The translations under genes and the position numbers were made by a program. Positions 53,751 to 64,000 of a DNA stretch of 64,000 nt are shown piece by piece. The notes below the pieces were generated by a model. It did no database searches and had not been told where the DNA came from. It worked only from the letters and a program-made list of their open reading frames with translations. How positions within the stretch are numbered: position 1 is the first letter of the stretch; each line of letters starts with the position of its first letter. Source of the DNA: Thalia democratica (taxonomy: Eukaryota); assembly GCA_965202585.1 (NCBI GenBank), contig OZ241830.1, positions 40,300,001-40,364,000 of the forward strand, read 5' to 3'.

Positions 53751-54459
53751 GTCAATTATGGGCAGGGACAGCCTAAGTCTAAACAAAAATACCATAGAAA
53801 CAAAAAAAAAATCAAGTAAAAACAACCAACAAAGAAGTTATGTTTTGCAACAGCAGCAAAGAAGAAAGTCAAACTTTACTCAACTTCCCATAAATCAAAT
53901 TAGTTGTCCAATCAGCAAAAACAAAGTTTAACAAAAGCAATTACACCTATAAGCATACTCAAAAAGAATAGCACAAGTCACAATATGCTTACTACTGATG
54001 AAAAAATTGTCAGACACCGCTAGGTGTCACTAGTTTGACTTTTGATTCAAAAAAGTTTGATTTCACTCTAAAACCCTCACCTGACTAAACTTCACATACT
54101 AATTTAAGTTTCTCACAAAGTAATTTGCCATCCCCTGGTTTTTATTCTAAAACTGTTAATTATTCTCCTAAAGGTGTGCATATGCAAAGCAACTTACTCA
54201 AACTTCAGCAAAATGGCCAGTTCTGGCCTGACATGAAGTTTTCAAAAACGTCATGAATTGCTAACAAAAAAGTAATCAGGTTAGCCAAATGTCTTCAGTT
54301 CCATGTTCCAATTGGTAAGCCTTCTGTCAACAGTCAATCGACAGTTTTAAAAACAATATCTTGAATTATTTTTGTCAAATTTTCTTTATGTTGCAGGAAA
54401 TATTAAAATAAAGTTCATGAAATACTCATTAGTATATAATTGGTGAATGAGAATATGTT

Positions 54460-54720
54460 TAGCGCAGTTCTCGTTGCAAGGAAAGCTTTATCACCCTTGT
54501 GTACAAAATTCTCAAGCATGTACACCCTGACACTTGAATATCCAGCAAGGCCATAAGCATCATTATCTCTTTAATTTCTGCTGAAGCTTCACTACAACAA
54601 GCGTTCAACCATCAACAATCGCAAATTAAAACTGCTTTTTGTCTCTTATTGCCGGTTAGTTGGCTAAAAACGCTATCCCTGAAAATACAAAAGCTGTCAC
54701 CAAGCACACAAGCAGAGTTA
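54460..54720 (+). pseudogene. H2B: Histone H2B pseudogene
   Basis: Reads KESFITLVYKILKHVHPDT*ISSKAISI...SAEAS / HYNKRSTINNR / IKTAFCLLLP / LAKNAIPENTKAVTKHTS; one stop, deletions and frameshifts. Confidence 0.9.
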
Positions 54721-54840
54721 TGCGAAAAAGCATGGCTCACGGCTGGTAATCATAAAATGTAATATCATAAAACGTGTAAATGAAGGGAACTGATAAGCAA
54801 ATGATCAACACTCAGAACAGAACGATTTCGTATATTCATC

Positions 54841-55121
54841 ATGTCAGATCGTGGTAAGGGAGGCGCCGAAAGTCACCGCAAAGTCAACAACATCAAGGGT
54901 ATCGCCCAGCCCGCCATTCGCCGATTGGCTTGTCGAGGCGGTGTCAAGTCTGAAGGCTTGATTTATAAAGAAACACGTGGTGTGCTAGATAAATTCTTGG
55001 AAACCTTTGTTGTTATGCAGTCACTTACACCGAGTATGCTAAGCGGAAGACAGTCACCGCCTTGAATGTTGTATGCGCATTGGAGCGTCAAGGATGTGTA
55101 TTGTACGGATTCGGAGACTGA
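54841..55121 (+). pseudogene. H4: Histone H4 pseudogene
   Basis: [50 protein letters not shown], then a frameshift to [34 protein letters not shown]; several deletions. Confidence 0.93.
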
Positions 55122-56035
55122 GATACTCCTGGGAAAGAGATAACCAGTAAAAGCATCAGCTAAGGCTGAAAAATAGAGGAACTTCTTAAAATGAAGGATT
55201 TTTTGTTTTCGTGTTGATAACTTATTGATTTAAAAATTTTATTGAGTATTAAAAAATCTATTTTCAAAACTTTAAGTTTATTGTTTAGTAGAAAAAGTAT
55301 AAAAATCCCGCCAAAGGTATTCAGTTATAAGATCTGAGGAGTGAAAATGTAACAAAATGTCATTTTTTATTGTTGATTTCTACCACACTAATTTGGCGCT
55401 AAAGAGTATTTATGTTTTCTTATGATTGTTCTGTGTTTTGTGGGTTTTGTAAGTAAAATTGATTCTTTGAACAAGCCAGGGATTATAATTAGAAACAGTT
55501 AATTTTTTTTATTGTTTAAAAGTCTACACTTTTCAACTTACACTTTACAATGTTGATCCTATTTTATAAATAAAACTGTTGTGTTTTTAGTGTTTTAAAA
55601 AATTACTTAAAGGATAGTTTTTTTTACATGAGGTTATTAGCAGATTTTAAACTAGCCAGGATTGTAAAAAAAATCAATAACTTTTTTGTACTATCATTAT
55701 TACTATTTGTTAGTTTAAATTCTATGAGTTTGTAGTTAAAAGTATAAGTATTAATACTTTTATTTATTAATACAACAATGATTTAGCTTAGATTTTGCTT
55801 TAAAAAAGACTTAGTGATTTTAAAAACTATATTTTTTTATTACTTATCAAAACATTTTCTCGTTTGTTAAAAAGTACAAAAGTATTCAATAACTATTGTT
55901 TCAGTTAAAAGAAAATCATTAAAAAAACAGGTTATATTTTTTTGAAAAAGTAGATTAAGTTAAAAAATATTATTAACTTTTTCAAATGTTTCAAACTAAA
56001 CCATTAAACAGCAAAAATTTCATGTATTTATCAAA

Positions 56036-58916
56036 ATGTCTACAACAACTTGGTACAAAATGGATCATAAAAAAAGAGGAACATTCGTAATACTTTGTTA
56101 TAGCGTTAGTAGTTTACATTTCAATTGGTTATTTCAACTACATATAAGACTGAAACTTTTCAGTAAATAAAGTCTTAATAATTCCTTATATTTTTTTATT
56201 TGTGCTGTTTTAAAAGTATATAACAAATTTTATTGTTTTTTAACTTAACTAAAAAACTTTTTTTTAGCTTTTAGTCCCCCAATTAATTTTTTGTATAACT
56301 TAAAGTTAGCATAAAACGTTTCAGAGTCAACTTAATGAGTTAGTAACTCAAAAAATAAGTTTAACAATTTTTTATGCATTATGCAGTCTATAAAAAAAAT
56401 TTGTAAATGTTTTATCAATTTAAAATTAGAAAATTAAAACCTTTTTATTAAAGGAAACAGATGAATCTGAGAAAGACACTTTTATGTTTGATGAAGTTAA
56501 TCAATTTGAAAATCTTGCACTAAAAATGGGATTTCAACGTGAAGATATTATTTTGTTTGAAAGCTTGACTACAATCGAAACTGTAGAAGCTCTCATATAC
56601 GGTTGGTAGAACATAGGGTTGCGTAAACAACACAAAACTTTATCTTACATTATCTTTATAAAAATAAAATTACAAAAAACATTCGTTTTTATTTGAACTT
56701 AAAAATTTAACGCCATATCAAAGCTCGTTAGGTGTTAAATATGCAGGAAGGGACACTTTGCACGGGTTGAATTTTTTTTTTGATCGGTATTTTTTCTTCT
56801 TTTTTTTATATAACTTTTTATTAGTTTTTAACTATCACCGTTACTCCTTACCCTTAGTCAGTACTTTTTTTTAACCTAATTAACGTTTTTTTTTTTACTA
56901 TCATTGTTATCCGTAACCGTTCGGTAGCTTTTTTTTATTAATTTTGTTGTTGTTTTTTTTTATTTACATGCTAAAGAGTCTTTTTCCTCATGCATACTTG
57001 ACCTATCGCGATAAATAAAAATTTAATTACAGTATCAGAAGAAATAAATAGAGCTGGTGATGACCAAGACTGCCTGGTCTTGGCAATCGTGTCTCATGGT
57101 GACATGGACGGTAAAATGAAGACCAATGACGGAGGGATTTATTTTAACCAACTCTTTCAAATTTTTGGCCCAAACAGCTGTCATGTTTTAAAAGGAAAAC
57201 CAAAGATTATTTTAAAAACCGTTAGACTATTATTAATTAAAAGTTACGTTAAGGAAAATATTTAATAAACTTCTTGTACTCTTAGTTGAGCTTTGTTGGA
57301 GTTATACTATTTTTAAAATGATCTTCAAAGTTTAAAGAATTTAAAAACTTCATACTTTATAACAATATTTGTTTTGGTGTTTTTTGTCTAAAAATAAATT
57401 TATATTGTAATTTAAATGCATATGAATTTTTATTTGTAGCTTCTTAAATCTTATTTTATTAACTAAAGTTAATTTTTTGATGTATAAGGTAGACCAAAAT
57501 AGCATTAAAAATATTCTTACTTTAATTTTTAAGTATTAATGGTAAGTCAATAAACTCAGCTATTTTGTACTTTTATTATAACTGTGATCATCAACTAAAT
57601 ATTGTAAAACTTTAGACTTGTATGGGAAAAAAAGAAGACCGTCGAAATAAAATAAGCACTAAAAACATTAAAAAAAGAAACAAAGCCTTGAAAAGTAGTA
57701 CAAATAATAATAAAAGGTTGAATAAAACTTTTAATAACACAACTTTTGAAGATTTAAATACAGAAGAATATACATCTGAAAAAATATCGAGTGATTTGTT
57801 TAAGATTAAAAAACCAGTATTAGAAGACTATCTTATTTTCAATCCAACTGTTGAAGGTAAACTTTTTTTAATTAACTATGATCTAAATGAGGAACTTATA
57901 ATAACTTTTTAGCATTTTTCATACTTTCACAAATTGAGTTAAGCACAAACTATAATCTACAATAAAATAAACTAAATAGGTTTTAGTTGTGGAGGTATAA
58001 ATCAGGATGGATGTACGTACGCCACCTATGTTCTAAGCAAGTTATTTGGCATCCATGGGTTTAAAATGGACTTCCTTGAAGTTTACTTTTACATATTTTA
58101 TTTTTAGTCTTGCTAATTATACATAGCAATCTATTTTGTTTTTAAACTTTCAACACAAAAGTAAAAAGTTTGAGGTTTAGTTGTCACTTTTATCTTAACT
58201 AAAGTATTTTTTGCATTTTTTGTTCAAAAACTAAATTTGATCTTACCTCTAGATCTTTTTCAAACTCATCACTTATTAAACTGTATTTTAAATTTGTATA
58301 TATGATTATTCTTTAAATACTTAAAAAAATTAGTAGTATTTTATCAACTACTGACTATTTTTTCGTTTAAAATGTTAATGTTCACAAACAGGTATTGACC
58401 AACACAAACTATATAGTAGCAAATAACACTTACCTTCATTGTAAAAAAAAGAAGAATATGTCCTGTTTTCAAAGTAATCTAACTAAACAGCTTATTTTTA
58501 CCAAAAGAAACAAGTAAGTTAGAAATTTAAACATTTTAGCTAATAACATGATATGATAAAATTGTATTATTTTAATTAAACTAGTTAATGATAAGCACAT
58601 TTTTTACAGAAGGGAAGAAACAAACTTTGAAAACATAAGTACAAACGTAAATAAAAAGTTTCTCAATAAACTATTCCTTCGTATTGAAAACCTACAGGAT
58701 CCAAAACGTGAAACAAAAATAAGCTTTTCGGAAAAACTAAAAAACTTGGAAAAAAAGTTTTTTGTTTCCATAAAAAATAAGTCGCTATATGTTTGTTTGA
58801 AAGCTGGTTATCAAAGTCCAGAAGAACGAAATTTTCCACTAAGAAAACGAATAAAAACAAATTTTGATGAGATAGAAAATAAAATTACTTTTCATTTCAT
58901 TGGTCATCTTGATTGA
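56036..58916 (+). CDS. Divergent caspase-fold (peptidase C14-like) protein, 391 aa, 7 exons
   Basis: Exons 56036-56104, 56454-56601, 57033-57220, 57616-57856, 57980-58080, 58392-58513, 58610-58916 (1176 nt, no internal stops). Motifs YKMDHKKRGTFVIL, DCLVLAIVSHG, LKGKPKIILKTTCMG, PVLEDYLIFNPTVEG, MDFLEVLT, SNLTKQLIF. Confidence 0.85.
56743..57009. mobile_element. Truncated relative of MITE X in caspase intron 2
   Basis: Shares the TTTTACTATCATTGTTA..CGGTA and CCTTACCCTTAGTCAGTAC interior segments and a TGCATACTTGACCTA end with 52057-52540. Confidence 0.55.
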
Positions 58917-61689
58917 AGATTGACTTTTGTAGAACTTTATAATTACTTTGAAACTATGATTTTTTTTTCTATCAAAACTGTTTTTATAACATTTTCTATA
59001 GTAAGAAAATACCTTTTGTTTTTTTTAAACGGTAAAAATTAGTAAAAAATTTCTCTTGTGTATTTTTTTTCTAAGTATAAACAACGTAAAATAAAACTTA
59101 GAGAAAATCTGATTATTTGGAATTTCCATTTTTATTTATCAGTAAGATATTATGGAATTAAAGTAACTGTTTACCAGGGGCGTGTTTTGACTGGTTTTCT
59201 GATTCCTGTGAACCCCCTGAAAAATTAAAAAAGAAAAAAAGGTTCTTATAATATCACTAAAAACTTTGTTTTGGTTATTTGAAAAACTCTGAATAATGAA
59301 TGCTGAATTTATAAAAGATTATAAGTTTCCGTAACAAAAAATGCTCGTTTTTGCCCAGCTGAAATAGATTTCAAATAATTTTCAATTTTGACGCGATAAT
59401 ATGCTAAAGTTTTAAAGTAGCTTTTTTTTTTCTGGGAAACTTTTTACTAAGATGCTCTTAGTTCCCATTATAAAATGCTACTTAGTGTAAATTACTATTG
59501 ATTAAGTATTGTTTTTTAACTAGTAACTAGCTTTTAAACCTTGAAAAGTTCAATTCAGAGAGTTTTCAAAACCATCTTTAGACCACCAAATCTCCTGGCA
59601 ATTTACTCTTTTATCATTTAATGGTATTTTAATATTTTTATTTAAGTTATTTTACTTTTGTATATCAGTTGGCCACAAAGTTGACTCTTGATTTTTTGAA
59701 ATTTTCAGCTCAGAGAGATTTCAAAACTATCATGAGAATCCCTGCACCATCAGGTAAACATTTAATTATAACTTAAAGATATTTTAATTGTATAGGTCTA
59801 AACATATTTTTAGTGAAATTTAAAATTTTATAGATTAAATTACTTAAAAAAAATATTTTTATTATAAATAGATATATAAATGTAAAGAGTTTAAAATTTA
59901 AAAGAAAAAATTGTAAGATCTCCACCTATACTAACATTTAATTCAAATTTGAATTTCTTTTTAGAAAAGTTTATTCTAGTTTTAATTATTTCATAACATT
60001 GTTACCTGATAAAAGGGTTAATTTTTTATAAAGTAAAATAGCTATGTCTGTAACAGTTTAAGAAATAAAAAATATTTGTTTTTTAAGCCTTTCATTGGAA
60101 GAAAAAATTCAAATATTTTGATATACAATTTGTAAGTTCATAACTTTTTTCTGGTTCTTTTAGTTTAAATTTATCCAAATTTGATACAGTACAATAATAA
60201 TAATATGATATATTTCTATTACAACTATATATGTTTTTTTAAGCAGAAAAAAGCATTTTAAACACAGAGTTTTTCGGCTAAATATTGCATAGTACGCGCA
60301 ATGCGGCTTTTTACACTTAAGCGGCAAATTAAGAACAAAAAAATGTTGAACCTCCTTTAAAAAATGTCTAGACACGCCCCTACTGTTTACTAATCAAAAT
60401 ATTTCTTAATGATTAAAAGTTATCATATGTAAGTGAAAAATACTTTACAATTAGATAAATTTAGAAAGCTATAGTTGTATAGTTTTTAAATTCATACTCA
60501 GTATTTGTTAATATTTAATAGCTCTCTTAAGTCAACTTAGTTTTAAGATTTTTATTGTTTAGTATAAAATATTTTTAAATCTATTTTTTATCTGTTATCA
60601 AGCACTTTCAACTCAAGATGAACATTTATGGTTATTCGGTAGATTGTTATAACTGCAATCATTACCATAAATAGAATAAAAAAGTTCAACAAAGACTTTT
60701 CTTAAGCTGTATTAGGTGATGAAAGCGAATTAAATATTCAAAACTGTTTTTGGTAAATTAGTAGTACACTAAATGGCTAAAATGTCTAGCATTACATAAG
60801 CGATAAAAACTTTACTAACTTGTTTCTTATGTTACACATACAAAATAATCATAGTTTTGTTTGGTTTTACAAATTCATTATGAACTTTTGAAGGTTTTTT
60901 AAATGAATAAAATAAACAAATCAAGTACTTTTTGTAGAGATTTAGTAACTAAATGAATTGCTTTGAAGTAAACATCACTATATGAGGATATTAAATGTTT
61001 TATTTAAATTATAGTAAAAAATTTATGCAAAAGTAGTTAGTGGCTAGCCGATTGTTTTTCTAACTTGAATTTAATAAAAATGTGCAAATTAAATATTCTA
61101 CTTACAACCAGGTTTCAGTGACAAAAAATTGCGACCTTTTCAAGTAAAATGAAATAGTGAACTGCACATAACAATGTCAATTGAAAGGGCTTAACCTTTA
61201 TTGGGATTTTTATTTAAGAAAAATAACAATGTAACTAGAATTTAAGAAAAAATCTTCTGATTTTTTACTAGTTTCTTTTTAAGTACAAGTTTATAGTATA
61301 AAATTAAGCTTATAATAACTTTTATATATATATATATATTAATAGTTTATTGAGCATAAACACAAATAGGAGTACTTATTTACCACGTTCATCAGTATCT
61401 TGTTCGTGGATTAAATTGCTGTAATATCACTCACTAACAAAAACTGAGTTTTTAACACAGCAATAAAACACAACTATAATAACTAATAAAATAAAGCAAA
61501 CAATAAATCAGTGGTACAAAAATGTAACATAACTTTACTAATTTACTAAATAGACTATAAAAAAAATCACTTTAGGTTAAACAATATGAACGAATAAATA
61601 ACTTTTTTTTGCATAATTCTGGTTTTAGGCTCAAGATTGAAATTGCTTCTAATGATTTTAGATTAAAATCATTATAAGCTATTGTTATT

Positions 61690-63110
61690 ATTTTGAAGTT
61701 ATCCACATTATAATAAACAATCTCGAGTTATTGTTAAGGTACTCACTAGTCGCTTAACTAATATTTAATTTTTGTAGTTCTTTACATTCTTTTTCTAATA
61801 AGATACCGTAATCTTGTTCTTTGGCAGATGTTGATTAATTCTGTTTATTAGATTGTTGCTCGTTCTACCCACGTATGTTTGCTTACAAAAACATACAAAT
61901 TTATAAATTACATTGTTAGCGTCCAGGATGGGTATTTTATCTTTATTATTTATCTGGAACAATTTATTGGTTTTATGTACTATTCTTGAATTGACAGATC
62001 TGTAAAACTGCTCTATCAACTTTTACAAACTATTTTGACAACTGAATTTTGGTTGTATGGTGATTTCAGATAAACGAAAAATTTTTAGACCCAAACAGTA
62101 ACGACTCGTTTTTTATAGCAAATTAGTGTTAATTATGTCTCGTGAATATCCTAGAGCTAAAAAGATGTTTTCCACATTTGCTAATTGTGCTATCAAATAT
62201 CTGTCCGAAGAGATATAGCTCTATACGCAAGGCAGCTAATTAGAATGTTTTTGTTTTAAATGGCTACATAAGTTATATTTGACATCATAACAACTAAATA
62301 TATCTTTTAAATTGATGTTAGTATAGAACCTCTGATTCTCTGAGTGAACTATAATATCTAAAAACACCAAATTGTTTTCTGTAGCTTTTTTAGCTAATTG
62401 CAAATTTGCGTGCATATCGTTTATTAGATAGTATAGCGTCATATTCATTGACATTACTTTTATTAATGTATTTAAAGAAAAATTCTACTTCAATTAAGAC
62501 TCACAAAATAGAAAGTGGTTATTTAAGTACATATGATTAGTGTTGAAAGATAACTTATTTAAATAAATTTCAAGCCAGCTTAGTTCAAAGAAAAAAAATT
62601 ATCCTTAAGGTTGTTTAACTATTCCATATTTATAACTTAATGTAGATTATAATATTCTCAAAACTTAAATAATACAACATCATCAACTAAAATAGTGATA
62701 CCTAAAATGTATATTAATTTCACTTAATTTGTAAATCTAAACACTTGATTTTCTTGCAATAGTAAAAAGTTTTAAGAACTTAATTTTTTTACCCTAGATG
62801 TCATTTAATAACCTTAGGTTTTAAGTAAACACAAAATCACTTATTAAACTAAGTTAACACCTTTACCTCAAATATACTAAACCTTTTATTTGGCTATGAA
62901 AGTTTACAGTCAAATGCTTCAATAACATACATTAATATCTAATAAACTTCACCACACGACCAACTATAACGGCATCAGAGACAACCTACGACCGGTTTCG
63001 TCCTTATAGGGAACCACCAGCAAGGAATAGTCGCGAGAAACCGCTGATGGTATATGACTAAGCGGGGTTAAGTACAAATGCGCTGAAGCGACCGTTTGTT
63101 AGCCGAAATA
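61690..63110 (-). mobile_element. Decayed Penelope-like retroelement
   Basis: GIY-YIG-type segment NVIYKFVCFCKQTYVGRT..L..RINQH (62019-61795) and RT C-terminal segment ND.HANL..A....NNLVFLDI (62454-62236). An upstream GC-richer patch contains a hammerhead-like motif. Boundaries are approximate. Confidence 0.78.
62985..63025 (-). ncRNA. Degenerate minimal hammerhead ribozyme motif
   Basis: Minus strand CCTTG-CTGGTGG-TTCC-CTATAA-GGAC-GAAA-CCGG-TC-GTAGG versus core CTGATGA-GTCC..GGAC-GAAA; palindromic CCGG helix III. Confidence 0.55.
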
Positions 63111-64000
63111 AATACTGGTTAAAAATTCAAAACAACAAATGTATTGATATTTTAACGTTCTTGTTATATTGCTTTTTAGCGTACTGTACTCAAAACCTTT
63201 TTATAAGTACATTGTTTTTATGTCTGACTGGTACGTTTCTAGTTTAAGGTATACAAATATGAAAACTATTTTTTGATTGGTATGTTTTTTTAACTGCATA
63301 AAAAAAGAGATGATTATATATTATATACTACACCCACACATATTGAACTGGCTTTTATTAATTATATACAAAAATTATGTTTAAATTTTAAAGCTTTTCT
63401 CTAACTAAATTAGATTACTTTTTATCTATATAAATCACTTTTTTTTTGTAACAGGTGGCTTATCGGTCTAAAATTGAAAAAAATAACTTAGATACACCAT
63501 TTAATTTGAAACATGAATTAAAATTTTTAGGAATTCTCAGATGCAAAATAAAATATTTAAACCAGTCAACAAGTACTTTATAAATACTAAAGATATATAC
63601 GTATACATTATTTTGAATTTTTTACTTATTAACGTATTTAAGTAGCACTAAAGATACATTATATTAAAATATACTTTTTAAACACAAATTTAATTTTCTA
63701 AGAATAACACTTATTAAAACTTTTACTTTAAAAAAATTTGAACAAGTTCAAGAAGAAACTTCTATAGCCAAACATAAAAGAACTAGATTATACTCTAATC
63801 TTCTATAATGGCAAATAAATATTAAGGTTCTAAGGTTTACAACATTAAATTTGATAAGTAAAATTAATTAGTCTAAATTAGCTAAATATACACCGACAAA
63901 TTCAATACAGTCATTGTTTTAAGACTATGAAGAATTATAATTCCTCTTCAATTTTAAGCATTTTTTAAATGGTTAATTAAGAATTTTTGAATATATTAAA

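Noticed and set aside
54841-55065. 74-aa ORF as a functional H4 variant
   Set aside because: Multiple deletions and a frameshift before the C-terminal helix; the adjacent H2B is also dead.
57939-58055. Alternative caspase exon frame LWRYKSGWMYVRHLC, which would restore a WR motif
   Set aside because: It is incompatible with the phase-1 donor at 57856 and hits a stop. The chosen frame joins cleanly on both sides and matches the MDFLEVLT motif; RNA-seq should settle it.

Overview
Very AT-rich metazoan genomic DNA with short GT-AG introns, probably a marine invertebrate; the taxon cannot be fixed from the sequence alone. Positions 1 to ~41.1 kb are a tandem array of an ~8.6-kb cassette (four full units plus a fifth gene pair; the array runs off the left edge). 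Each cassette holds a head-to-head pair of 4-exon genes encoding a 57-aa Asn/Gln-rich two-repeat protein (NNH[A/S]NQxN[P/S]NN), with NF-kB-like sites between them. Each full cassette also holds a minus-strand 52-codon ORF, missed by the ORF track, for a secreted 4-Cys peptide with a CLFRGDC loop and a C-terminal Gly-Lys amidation signal. Three of the ten Asn/Gln gene copies carry lesions, while the mature RGD peptide is invariant. A 2.8-kb hAT-type element sits in the fifth intergenic spacer. To the right are: a 6-exon secreted protein (20 DxDHD-type repeats, ShKT, TSP1, ShKT, TSP1, TSP1); several MITE/foldback elements; H2B and H4 pseudogenes; an intact 7-exon caspase-fold gene that keeps His/Cys but lacks the Asp-specificity residues; and a decayed Penelope-like element with a degenerate hammerhead. 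All gene models were built by eye, with no database search.
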